Shown: positions 1 through 9,456 of the stretch, piece by piece
How positions within the stretch are numbered: position 1 is the first letter of the stretch
How the letters are laid out: each line of letters opens with the position of its first letter
Virus record (IMG/VR): IMGVR_UViG_3300017914_002709
Coordinates: 84,698 to 117,247 of that record
DNA length: 32,550 nt
DNA from: a virus
Strand: one strand, 5' to 3'
Program-made: the position numbers and the translations under genes
Notes under the pieces: model-generated
Databases searched by the model: none
Told to the model about the DNA's origin: nothing
What the model saw: only the letters and a program-made list of their open reading frames with translations

Positions 1-210
1 ATCAATTTGTTAGAAAAAATAAAAGATAAAACCTTTTTTAATGGTCCGAAAAAACGTAATTTGCAGCATTTGATAAACATAATAAAAGATGAATGTGTAA
101 ATAACAGCACAGATTTGTCAAAGTTTTTTTCTACTAATGACATATTAGATTACAGTAGGAATACTAGTGTAATTAAAATGCATCCTTATATGGAGAAATA
201 TCGTGTTTAA
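1..210 (+). CDS. C-terminal fragment of a probable N-terminal-twitch radical SAM protein (starts upstream of the window)
   Basis: Frame is open from base 1. The tail KFFSTNDILDYSRNTSVIKMHP resembles the C-terminal motif of the downstream radical SAM paralogs (e.g. KFFDYTRKLDQSRKQNVYDVLP). Confidence 0.6.
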   Translation: MNLLEKIKDKTFFNGPKKRNLQHLINIIKDECVNNSTDLSKFFSTNDILDYSRNTSVIKMHPYMEKYRV

Positions 211-1315
211 ATGTGGATGGCTTGCAGGTGGAATAAACATTTCAGAAAACCCAGAACGGTCAGTTATGCCTTGCTGTCATGTTGATAAGTTGAATCAAGA
301 TAATAAACATTTAATTCATAATGGTAATGATTTAATAAATGGCGATACACTTAGACAAATGCGTAAAGATGCAGTAAATGGAAAAACACCAGAGCTGTGT
401 AAAAATTGTGTATCAAAGGAAGAAATAGGTATTGATACACCACGTTTGCGTAGTATTAGAGATTTTAAAAACAAAGGTATTGTTAAAGAAGTATTTTCTC
501 CTGAAGATGTAGAAGTATTATACTTAAAGTTCAGCAACCTTTGTAATTTTAAATGTGTTATGTGTGGGTCTGGTAGCAGTCATTTGATTGCCAAAGAAAA
601 TGGCATGAAAGATAGTTTGATTGAAATAAACGATTACTATGAAACACAATTATTAGATCTATTGCCACGTATGACTAACCTACGTCATGTGCAAATCACT
701 GGCGGCGAACCTTTGCTACACAAAAAGAAAAATTTAGATTTTTTAAGCAAACTCGATAAAAGTGTTAAAATACAGTATAGAACAAATGGTAGTATTCATG
801 ATACTGAAGTAATTGAATTTTTAAAAACATTTGATACTGTGCAATTTTTAATGTCAATTGACGGACAAGAAGATGTGCTACATTATCAACGTCCAAGGAG
901 TAACTGGAGTGAAATTAAAACAAATCTTGAAAAGTATAAAGGACAAGGTTTTGAAATTATTAATACTATGACTGTTACTGCTTTTAACATACATCAGATA
1001 CCTAAGTTTGCTTCTGAACACGGACACTTATTTGACTTTATGGTATTCACTCCAATTAGATTTCCTGAAGCATATAGAATAAATTTGATTAAGCAAGATA
1101 AGTTGTTGCAAATTGTAGATGAATTAAAATCTACTACGGTTACAGGCGACCTTGCCAATTATATAAAAGATATTGAAGCAAATCATTTGTCAGCGCCAGA
1201 CAATAAAATAGTTAGAAAGTTTTGGCAATCAGTTGATTATATGAAGCAGCATAGAGATGTTGAGTTAAAACAACTGATACCAGAAATGTACGATTTTTAT
1301 CTAAAAGAGCAATAA
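203..1315 (+). CDS. Radical SAM protein with N-terminal twitch (Fe-S) domain
   Basis: CNFKCVMC (CxxxCxxC), TGGEP, TNG and SIDG motifs. N-terminal C...PCC...CKNC. GTG start with GGAG upstream. Confidence 0.9.
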   Translation: MFKCGWLAGGINISENPERSVMPCCHVDKLNQDNKHLIHNGNDLINGDTLRQMRKDAVNGKTPELCKNCVSKEEIGIDTPRLRSIRDFKNKGIVKEVFSPEDVEVLYLKFSNLCNFKCVMCGSGSSHLIAKENGMKDSLIEINDYYETQLLDLLPRMTNLRHVQITGGEPLLHKKKNLDFLSKLDKSVKIQYRTNGSIHDTEVIEFLKTFDTVQFLMSIDGQEDVLHYQRPRSNWSEIKTNLEKYKGQGFEIINTMTVTAFNIHQIPKFASEHGHLFDFMVFTPIRFPEAYRINLIKQDKLLQIVDELKSTTVTGDLANYIKDIEANHLSAPDNKIVRKFWQSVDYMKQHRDVELKQLIPEMYDFYLKEQ

Positions 1316-1318
1316 TTA
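1312..1318 (+). promoter_or_regulatory. Possible late-promoter-like motif ATAATTA 5 nt before the ATG at 1324
   Basis: AATAATTACTATTATG resembles GATAATTACTACTATA (11613) and GATAAATACTACTATA (30498, - strand). No Shine-Dalgarno before 1324. AT-rich background makes a chance match possible. Confidence 0.3.
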
Positions 1319-1323
1319 CTATT

Positions 1324-2532
1324 ATGCAGTGTGTAATGCCTTTTGTACATATGAATATAAAGCCTGATAAAACTGCGACTGCATGTTGGAGATGTCACGA
1401 AAAGTTAGGCAATTACACAACAAACAGTTTAGAAGATATATGGTATAGTGAGGAATGGCAAGTGTTCCGCAAACAACATCTTACAGGTGAACAACCAGAC
1501 GGTTGTAAGAGTTGTTGGCAAATGGAACAAGCAGGTATCAAAAGCACTAGACTCACAATGCTAGAAGAATATAGTCATAAAGTCAATGACTTAAATCAAG
1601 TAGAAGATTTAACCAAGCCTCCGTTTCCAAAAGACATGGAGTTTAGGTTTGGAAATTTGTGTAACATGAAATGCAGACATTGCAGTCCAAAGTTTAGCAG
1701 TCAGTGGGTATCACAATGCAAGAAAGATAAAGACTTTTATAATGTTGTAAAAGATATCTCAGATGGCAATCTAAATTACAGTATCAATGAATTACCTGAC
1801 GACACAATGCAGCAGCTAAAAAGTTTTGCATCTAATCTTGAGGTAATACGTATTACAGGCGGAGAGCCTTTGATGCATCCTATGCACTACGAAATGCTAG
1901 ATGTGTTAGAACCATATGCACATAATATTACACTTGAATACAATACAAATTTGCATTATTTAAATGATGTAACCGAACAGTGGAAGAAGTACAAAAAAGT
2001 GATTTGTCGTGTAAGTGTTGATGCAGACACTAGCACATATGAATATATTAGAGAAGGTGCAAATCTAAACAAATTATTAGAAAACTGGAAGACAGTTAAA
2101 AGTGAAATGTCTGAACAAATACAAAACAAAACATTTGACTTACATGCTACTTGCACTGTAAATGTTTTGAATGTTGTTAAAATAGACAAGGTGTTAGAAT
2201 TATTTACAAAATTAGATTCAAGATTGCATGTAAGTTTTGTTCAATATCCAGCAGTAATGGATATATGTAATTTGCCAGAATGGCAAAAGAATGATGTAAA
2301 AAACAAGTGTGCTATAGGACTTGACTATGTAAAACACAACGGATCAAATCGTTTATATCATCATGCAACACAAAGTATAGATAAAATTTTACAATGGTTA
2401 AACAAACCTAGTAACACAGAATTTGATCACACATTTGCTAAATGGATGCAAGCACAAGATCGTGTGAATAATAAATCCATGTTTGATTACTATACCGAAT
2501 TTGATTATTTGAAGGAAATATACAATGAGTAA
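1324..2532 (+). CDS. Radical SAM protein with N-terminal twitch domain
   Basis: CVMPF...CWRC...CKSCW at the N-terminus; FGNLCNMKCRHC; TGGEP; YNTN; SVDA. Confidence 0.9.
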   Translation: MQCVMPFVHMNIKPDKTATACWRCHEKLGNYTTNSLEDIWYSEEWQVFRKQHLTGEQPDGCKSCWQMEQAGIKSTRLTMLEEYSHKVNDLNQVEDLTKPPFPKDMEFRFGNLCNMKCRHCSPKFSSQWVSQCKKDKDFYNVVKDISDGNLNYSINELPDDTMQQLKSFASNLEVIRITGGEPLMHPMHYEMLDVLEPYAHNITLEYNTNLHYLNDVTEQWKKYKKVICRVSVDADTSTYEYIREGANLNKLLENWKTVKSEMSEQIQNKTFDLHATCTVNVLNVVKIDKVLELFTKLDSRLHVSFVQYPAVMDICNLPEWQKNDVKNKCAIGLDYVKHNGSNRLYHHATQSIDKILQWLNKPSNTEFDHTFAKWMQAQDRVNNKSMFDYYTEFDYLKEIYNE

Positions 2533-3283
2533 AGTTTGGGCATTTGGATGTAGTCATACACTTGGTACAGAACTAGGTGTATCTAAATACATTGACACAG
2601 ACAAATGGATGATGGATAATGCTGGCACTACAAATATATGGCAAGTACCCGAAAAGCAATTAGCCAAAGTAAGAAACGATTGGGCAGATCTTTTACATGA
2701 ACTTTACAATAGTACAAATTTAGCAGAAGAAGAAAAGCATCTTTCTTATGCAGGACAAGTTGCTAAACAACTTGGATACGAATTATGCAATCGTGCAATC
2801 AAAGGCTCTGGTGCAGATAGATCATTACATGAACTTAGTGTTGTGTGTGAAAAACATATCGATTGGGATAAAGACATTGTGTTTGTTGGTTATACTCATA
2901 TATACAGATTTATGTTCAATGAAGAACAATGGGATGGTAATAGAAATCTCAACTGGATGAAAACACACAAGCAAAAACATTTGCAGCAGTTACACAAAAT
3001 GATGTTAGTAGACGGGCCATGTGATTACTTTTGGAGTGCAGCGAATGCAGGTATCTACTATATGATCAAAACTGCATTTCCAAAAGCACATATGATAGAT
3101 GTAATAAATACCACAAATACATTTAAACCAGGTGTATTTTTAAAAGACTTACGATATAACGACAAAACTTTACAAGATTTTTCAAAGCCAAGTGATATCT
3201 ATCCCCAAGGGCATTTCAAAGAATACACACATGTTGAACTTGCCAAACACCTATGTGAGAAAATAACAAATGAATCCTCCTAG
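2525..3283 (+). CDS. SGNH/GDSL-hydrolase-like protein
   Basis: Block I-like VWAFGCSHT, block II-like NRAIKGSG, C-terminal PQGHF histidine. Confidence 0.65.
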   Translation: MSKVWAFGCSHTLGTELGVSKYIDTDKWMMDNAGTTNIWQVPEKQLAKVRNDWADLLHELYNSTNLAEEEKHLSYAGQVAKQLGYELCNRAIKGSGADRSLHELSVVCEKHIDWDKDIVFVGYTHIYRFMFNEEQWDGNRNLNWMKTHKQKHLQQLHKMMLVDGPCDYFWSAANAGIYYMIKTAFPKAHMIDVINTTNTFKPGVFLKDLRYNDKTLQDFSKPSDIYPQGHFKEYTHVELAKHLCEKITNESS

Positions 3284-4445
3284 CAAAACATTTTGTAATC
3301 TACCTTGGATGCACATTGCTACAAATGCAAGTGGTAATATAAGACCCTGTTGCAATAGCACACCTGGTAAAAACTTTATAAAAGATCCAAAAACTGGACA
3401 ACCTTACAAACTAGGAAAAGCATCACTAGAAGAAATCTGGCATAGTCCTGATTATGTAAAACTACGACAACAAATGCTTGCAGGGGAAAGACCAGAAATG
3501 TGTTCTAGGTGTTGGAAAGAAGAAGATGCTGGAATTGAAAGTCTGCGCCAAGCATGGATGGATAGATGGTTAGAGGATAAGGAATACACAGATAAACCTG
3601 ATTTGCATATACAGTATGCAGATCTTAGAATGGGTAATATGTGTAATTTAAAATGCAGAATGTGTAATCCTTATGCAAGCAATCAATGGTTAGACGAATG
3701 GCATTTGATAAACGAACCTTTATCTGAAGCAGAACACAAGAGACTCGGTGGAGAATCTTGGCCTTGGTATAGATATACACAGTTTGAAGAAAATGTTGAT
3801 GCTATGATTGACACTGTTGAAGAAATTTATTTCACAGGAGGAGAACCTACAATTATCAAAGAACATGCATATATTCTTGAAAGAGTGATTAGATCTGGAA
3901 GAGCTAAAAAAGTTAAAATTAAATACAACACTAATTTAACAAATATTCCAAATTACCTTTTAGATATCTGGAAAGAATTCAAAGCAATAAAATGTAATGT
4001 TAGTATTGATGCTATTGGAGAATTAGATAGGTACATTAGATATCCTAGTAATTGGGATAAAATAGAAGAAAACTTTTTAAAAGTAAGACAGTTAGACAAT
4101 GTGGTAAATGAAATACATTGCACTGTGCAAATGTATAATATCACAAGGCTACATGAATTTTTAGATTGGGCAAAACCGTTTAATCATAAAATTTATTTAA
4201 ATATTTTAAATCATCCAGAAGAGTTAAACATACGTGTGTTACCTAATGAACTTAAGAATATTGTAACGGATACACTGTCTAACTACACAGATATTCCAAA
4301 AGTCCAAGGTGTTATTGATTATATGAATTCAGAAGAGTGGACTGATAAATTGCCCAAGTTTTTTGACTATACTAGAAAGCTAGACCAAAGCAGAAAACAA
4401 AACGTATATGATGTACTACCGGAGTTAGAAAAATATGAGTCGTAA
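3270..4445 (+). CDS. Radical SAM protein with N-terminal twitch domain
   Basis: FCNLPW...RPCC...CSRCW; MGNMCNLKCRMC; FTGGEP; YNTN; SIDA; YIRYPSNW. Confidence 0.92.
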   Translation: MNPPSKTFCNLPWMHIATNASGNIRPCCNSTPGKNFIKDPKTGQPYKLGKASLEEIWHSPDYVKLRQQMLAGERPEMCSRCWKEEDAGIESLRQAWMDRWLEDKEYTDKPDLHIQYADLRMGNMCNLKCRMCNPYASNQWLDEWHLINEPLSEAEHKRLGGESWPWYRYTQFEENVDAMIDTVEEIYFTGGEPTIIKEHAYILERVIRSGRAKKVKIKYNTNLTNIPNYLLDIWKEFKAIKCNVSIDAIGELDRYIRYPSNWDKIEENFLKVRQLDNVVNEIHCTVQMYNITRLHEFLDWAKPFNHKIYLNILNHPEELNIRVLPNELKNIVTDTLSNYTDIPKVQGVIDYMNSEEWTDKLPKFFDYTRKLDQSRKQNVYDVLPELEKYES

Positions 4446-5085
4446 GAGAATTGCTGTATTTGGTTGTAGCTGGTCGCAAGGCGTAGCAAGTTTAAATAAT
4501 TTTGATAATTGGGTTAAACATTTGGCTAAAAAACGCCCTGAACATGATTTTTATAATTTTGGTTGCGGCGGAACTAGCATAGTATATCATGCTTATCTTT
4601 TAGATTCAATAACAAGAAGAGAAGAGTTTGATCATATAATTTTCCAAGTTACAAGCCCTGGTAGATATTCATGGTGGCAACCTCACAAATTGAATGAAAT
4701 GATAGAACGCCAAGACGACAATTATTGGGCTGTTGCAAGAGGGTACGGAAAATATGTTCAAAGAGTTACTATGGGTAGTTTGCAAAAAGGTGCATTAGAT
4801 AAGAAAACACAAAAGTTTGCAAACGAATATTACAAAAGACTTAGCGACGATCAAAAAGATATTGAATATAAAGTTTATATAGAATTTGCCAAAGCAAGAT
4901 CTGATTTGGTATTTTTTCATAGAAAAGGTTTACAAGAAGGAGATCTTAGTGTAAAATCAATACTAGGAGATGATAAATTTTACAGTTTTGTAAGCGACGA
5001 TGGAGATCATTTTGGTGTTGAAGGTAACCAATGGACAGCCAATTGGGTGAATAAACGTTTGATAAGAAAAGGCGTAATGAAGTGA
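4435..5085 (+). CDS. SGNH/GDSL-hydrolase-like protein
   Basis: IAVFGCSWS, NFGCGGTS and C-terminal DGDHF (DxxH). Confidence 0.72.
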   Translation: MSRKRIAVFGCSWSQGVASLNNFDNWVKHLAKKRPEHDFYNFGCGGTSIVYHAYLLDSITRREEFDHIIFQVTSPGRYSWWQPHKLNEMIERQDDNYWAVARGYGKYVQRVTMGSLQKGALDKKTQKFANEYYKRLSDDQKDIEYKVYIEFAKARSDLVFFHRKGLQEGDLSVKSILGDDKFYSFVSDDGDHFGVEGNQWTANWVNKRLIRKGVMK

Positions 5086-6383
5086 AAGACACGTTTTGTC
5101 CGATACCTTGGCTATTTCAAGCAGTAAGAGCAAACGGAGATATTCGTATTTGCTGTCAAGCCAATGTGACAAAAAACAAAGGTGTAATAAGAAAATCTGA
5201 TGGAAGTGCCTACAATGCTGGCATTGATAATATTGAAGATGCTCGTAATGCTGAACTTATGAATGAAGTTAGAAACAACATGCTCAACGGTGTTTGGAGT
5301 GAAGAGTGTGGTCGTTGTAAGCGTGAAGAAGAGAATGGTTTAGTAAGCCGTAGAGAATTCGAGAACGAAGCATGGGATTTTGATATAGAAGCAGCAAAAC
5401 AGGTTACACATGCTAACGGAACAATCGATATGCCTGTGCGTTATTATGATTTACGCTTTGGTAATTTTTGTAATTTAAAATGTAGAATGTGTGGACCAAC
5501 AGACAGCAACGCATGGTACGAAGATTGGATAAAACTTACAGGTTCAAACACATTTCAAGAGTCAAGCAAACAAGTTGAGATTTACCAACAAGGCAACAAA
5601 CTACACGTAGATGGTTATGAGTGGCCTGAATATGAACCGTTTTGGCAGCAACTTGAAAACAACATCAGCAACATTGAGCATGTGTATTTTGCTGGCGGCG
5701 AACCTATGCTTATTGAAAGACATTATGATTTTTTAGAAAAATGTATAGAACAAGACGCTGCAAAAAATATACAAATTGAATACAATACCAACATGACAAC
5801 ATTACCAAGTCGTGTGCTAGAGTTATGGACACACTTTAAAAAAGTAATGATTGGTGCAAGCGTGGATGGTATGGGTGCTGTATTAGAATATCAACGGCAT
5901 CCTGTGAAATGGAATAAGGTATATAAGAATTTACAAAAAGTAGATTCGTTGCCTAATAACATTCAAAGTTGGCTTACTTTTACTGTTACTGCATACAATG
6001 TAAATCACATGATTGATTTTATGAAATGGAAATTGCAAGATAGTAATTTTAAACGTGTCAATAGCACTAAAAAACGTCCTATTATTTCTCCCCATGTAGC
6101 ACACCATCCTATGAATTTAAATGTGCGAGTGTTGCCAGATGCCCTAAAAGCAGACCTTACTGATAAGTTTGAAAACTTTGTGCAATGGTGTAAAGATGAA
6201 GATTATCCACATTGGGTTGTTGCACAAGCAGAAAAAATAAGTACAAGTGTTACCAGTTTTATGAACAGCGAAAGTTACTATGATGAACATTGGGCAGGTT
6301 TTGTTAGTTATACAAAAAGTTTAGATAAGATGCGTAATGAAAATCTACTTGACGTAGAGCCTATGTTTAAGGATTATATATGA
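5082..6383 (+). CDS. Radical SAM protein with N-terminal twitch domain
   Basis: FCPIPW...ICCQ...CGRC; FGNFCNLKCRMC; FAGGEP; YNTN; SVDG. GTGA start/stop overlap with the upstream gene. Confidence 0.92.
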   Translation: MKDTFCPIPWLFQAVRANGDIRICCQANVTKNKGVIRKSDGSAYNAGIDNIEDARNAELMNEVRNNMLNGVWSEECGRCKREEENGLVSRREFENEAWDFDIEAAKQVTHANGTIDMPVRYYDLRFGNFCNLKCRMCGPTDSNAWYEDWIKLTGSNTFQESSKQVEIYQQGNKLHVDGYEWPEYEPFWQQLENNISNIEHVYFAGGEPMLIERHYDFLEKCIEQDAAKNIQIEYNTNMTTLPSRVLELWTHFKKVMIGASVDGMGAVLEYQRHPVKWNKVYKNLQKVDSLPNNIQSWLTFTVTAYNVNHMIDFMKWKLQDSNFKRVNSTKKRPIISPHVAHHPMNLNVRVLPDALKADLTDKFENFVQWCKDEDYPHWVVAQAEKISTSVTSFMNSESYYDEHWAGFVSYTKSLDKMRNENLLDVEPMFKDYI

Positions 6384-7516
6384 GTTTTGATACAGTAGAT
6401 CTACTTACTGGAAAAGTATTCCAAGTAACTTGGGATTTAGGTAGAAGATGTAACTATGATTGTAGTTATTGCCCAGCACACAGACATGACAACTTTAGTC
6501 CTCATGCAAGTTTAGATGAATTAAAAAGCAGTGTTGATTTTTTGTTTGAATACATTGACACTTATATGAGTGTGAGAAACTTTAAAAATACAAGCATAAG
6601 TTTCACAGGTGGCGAGCCTACAGTGAATCCAAACTTTATTCCTTTTGTAAAATACCTCAAGGAAGAATACGAAAAACGTTATGCAGACAAATGGCAAGCA
6701 GGATTTGCACTTACAAGCAACGGTGCTATGAGTGCAAAAATGGCTCAAGGTGTTATAGACAATTTAGGACATATTACTGTGAGTTATCATGCTGAAAGTG
6801 ATAACAAACTAAAACAGCAAGTCAGAGATAGAATCAAACAGTTTCACGATGCAGGATTTAGCATCAGTTGTAATGTAATGTTTCATGCTGCTTATTTTGA
6901 TGAGTGTAAAGATTTATGTGATTACTTGCATGATTTGGGTGTAAAGTATGTGCCACGTATAATTGGTGAAGAGCCCGACAGTGCAAGTAATTTTGCACAT
7001 CAATACACAGAAGAACAACTTGATTACATGAAAAATTACTGGAAGTATAAAAACGAACAGTTGAATGATTCTAGAGAAGAAGCAAATATATTGAGTGCCG
7101 TTGGAGAAAAGACCACTGAGAAAAAGAAATTAGGTGCAACCATTGGCAGACCTTGTTGCGGTAGTAGGGAAATGTGCTTGAGTCTAAACGGTGAAAGTAG
7201 AAAAAGTACTTTTGTTGATTATAGAGAATTCAAAGGTTGGCATTGTAGTGTAAATTATTTCTTTTTGCATTTAGAACAACAAACAGACAGTGTTTTTCAT
7301 CATCAAACATGTCAAGCACGTTTTGATCAAACAAGAGGGCCTATTGGAAAAATAAGTGAAGGACAAAAGATTGTTGCTGATCTAAAAGAAAAATTAGCTA
7401 CCAATACCTTGCCCACGATAATTTGTCCTAAACAAACATGTGGCTGTGGGTTGTGTGCGCCAAAAAGTATGTATGCTGAAAATTATAATCAAGTATTGGA
7501 GAACCATTTGGTATGA
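6380..7516 (+). CDS. Radical SAM protein with Cys-rich C-terminal (SPASM/twitch-like) region
   Basis: WDLGRRCNYDCSYC; FTGGEP; TSNG; SYH; C-terminal RPCCG, FKGWHC and CPKQTCGCGLC. Confidence 0.9.
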   Translation: MSFDTVDLLTGKVFQVTWDLGRRCNYDCSYCPAHRHDNFSPHASLDELKSSVDFLFEYIDTYMSVRNFKNTSISFTGGEPTVNPNFIPFVKYLKEEYEKRYADKWQAGFALTSNGAMSAKMAQGVIDNLGHITVSYHAESDNKLKQQVRDRIKQFHDAGFSISCNVMFHAAYFDECKDLCDYLHDLGVKYVPRIIGEEPDSASNFAHQYTEEQLDYMKNYWKYKNEQLNDSREEANILSAVGEKTTEKKKLGATIGRPCCGSREMCLSLNGESRKSTFVDYREFKGWHCSVNYFFLHLEQQTDSVFHHQTCQARFDQTRGPIGKISEGQKIVADLKEKLATNTLPTIICPKQTCGCGLCAPKSMYAENYNQVLENHLV

Positions 7517-8673
7517 CACAGTTTGAATGCGGTTATATGTCATCTGCTGTGTGGATTGGTCCGGGTGCAACAAGCATATTACCATGTTGTTATACCAGTA
7601 AAGCGGCTGATAGAAACAAACACAGAGATATGGGTGATATATTAAATCACCAAAATTTATTAGATGTTCGTAGAGATGCAATGAAAGGCATTGCACATGA
7701 ATTTTGTTTAGACTGTGTTTATAAAGAAAAGAATGGAATGCGTTCTCCTAGACTTGAAGCAAATAAATTTTTTGCTAATAAAGGCAAAGTAAAAGAATAT
7801 ATCACAGAAGAAGACATAGAACATATTTACTTTAGTCTATCTAATTTGTGTAATTTCAAATGTGTTATTTGTAGTTCAGGTCAAAGTCATTTAATTGCAA
7901 AAGAAGAAAAAATTCAAAATCCGTTGATGCAAATATCAGATGCTGGATTTGATAAACTACTTGCTATATTAGATAAAGCAAAAAACTTGAAAAAATTACA
8001 AATTTCTGGAGGAGAACCATTTCAGCATAAAAAACAATTGAAAAAAGTTTTGTCTGCTGTTCCAAAGGATATAAATTTTTACCTACATACCAACGGAAGT
8101 ATCCTCGATGACGAAACTATTGAACTTTGTAAAATTATGGAAACGTTTTACAAGTCAAGTGTGTCATTTAGTATTGATGGCTGGAAAAACAGTTTTGATT
8201 ATCAAAGGACAAATGGAGAATGGTACAGTGTCAGGAATAATCTACAAAGATTCAATGATTTAATAGATATGGACAAAGTGTGGTCTGTGAATAACTATAC
8301 AGTCACTTGTTTTAATCTGCTAGATATTCCTGAATTTACACTGGAAAATAAAAAGTTTTTTAGACGTATGTATTATTATGAATTGAAAAAGCCTAGTGAA
8401 TACCATATAAGCATGTTAAAAGATGAATATTTAGAAAAAGCAAAAAAAGGCATACTTGAAATACAAAAAACTTTTACTCCACACGAGTTAAATTATAAAA
8501 TATTATTAAATGATATTGTAAAAGCAATTGATTTGGCTTTGGATAATCCGCCTAGTCAAAGTATGATAGATGCTTTTTGGAAAAAAACAAAATATATGGA
8601 AGTTGTTAGAGGTGTAAGCCTGCAATATAAATTGCCTGGTTTGATAGAATGTTTGAGAGGTTGGAATGGATAG
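7513..8673 (+). CDS. Radical SAM protein with N-terminal twitch domain, paralog of 203..1315
   Basis: FECG...LPCC...CLDC; SNLCNFKCVICSSGQSHLIAKE; SGGEP; TNGS; SIDG. Confidence 0.9.
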   Translation: MTQFECGYMSSAVWIGPGATSILPCCYTSKAADRNKHRDMGDILNHQNLLDVRRDAMKGIAHEFCLDCVYKEKNGMRSPRLEANKFFANKGKVKEYITEEDIEHIYFSLSNLCNFKCVICSSGQSHLIAKEEKIQNPLMQISDAGFDKLLAILDKAKNLKKLQISGGEPFQHKKQLKKVLSAVPKDINFYLHTNGSILDDETIELCKIMETFYKSSVSFSIDGWKNSFDYQRTNGEWYSVRNNLQRFNDLIDMDKVWSVNNYTVTCFNLLDIPEFTLENKKFFRRMYYYELKKPSEYHISMLKDEYLEKAKKGILEIQKTFTPHELNYKILLNDIVKAIDLALDNPPSQSMIDAFWKKTKYMEVVRGVSLQYKLPGLIECLRGWNG

Positions 8674-9442
8674 ATTTATTTTAATGGGCACCAGTCATTG
8701 TACCACAAAATGGAATCCAATGAGAACAGAATTTGAAAAAGTTTTTGATAAACCTTTTGCAAATAGAGCAGTGAGTGCGCTAAGTATGGAATCATATTTT
8801 CCACGTGTTCTTGCAATAATGGATGAATTTCCTAATGAAAAATTGTATTTTATTATGGAATATCCTACTTCAGGAAGATACGAAAATTATGTTTATAACA
8901 GATCAAAAGAATATCAACAGTATAGTATTTTAAAACATACTTTTTGGCCTAAGCAAAATGAAGATGGCACATATGAATCTGTTGGAAATTATCAAGACCA
9001 TATATTCTACTACAATGCAAATAAATTATTCAATTCAGATAAGTTTACCATGATTTCTACTAAATTTAAAAAAATGCTACTGAGATGGGTAGTATGGTAT
9101 GAAAAAACAATTATTGATGAACTATTATCAACTGATGCAATGTTTATCAATTCCTTTATTAAACATCAAGGACATGAAGTTGTATGGTTTAATACTAATT
9201 CTAGATGGCCTCTTAAACCTGAAATAATTGAATATAACGAAAGATACGGATTAGAATATATTACAAGGATAAATCTTTTTGAAGAAATTGCACATAAAAA
9301 ATATAGAACAGATTTGAGATCTCTCAAGTTGCGCCCTGAAATATTTCCAGACGGTACGCATTTAAACAAAGAAGATTGGAGATCTACTATACACAAATAT
9401 TTTATACCATACTTCAAAGAACTTGACATTCCTCTCAAATAA
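8666..9442 (+). CDS. SGNH/GDSL-hydrolase-like protein
   Basis: FILMGTSH at the N-terminus, NRAVSA, and C-terminal PDGTHL (DxxH). Confidence 0.6.
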   Translation: MDRFILMGTSHCTTKWNPMRTEFEKVFDKPFANRAVSALSMESYFPRVLAIMDEFPNEKLYFIMEYPTSGRYENYVYNRSKEYQQYSILKHTFWPKQNEDGTYESVGNYQDHIFYYNANKLFNSDKFTMISTKFKKMLLRWVVWYEKTIIDELLSTDAMFINSFIKHQGHEVVWFNTNSRWPLKPEIIEYNERYGLEYITRINLFEEIAHKKYRTDLRSLKLRPEIFPDGTHLNKEDWRSTIHKYFIPYFKELDIPLK

Positions 9443-9451
9443 AAGTATAAT
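9423..9451 (+). promoter_or_regulatory. Perfect sigma70-type promoter (phage early-type)
   Basis: TTGACA (9423-9428), 17 nt spacer, TATAAT (9446-9451). The ATG of the next gene is at 9457. Confidence 0.85.
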
Positions 9452-9456
9452 ATAGC

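Noticed and set aside
3104-3110. ATAAATA inside an SGNH gene
   Set aside because: A single 7-mer in AT-rich coding DNA with no supporting structure; expected by chance.
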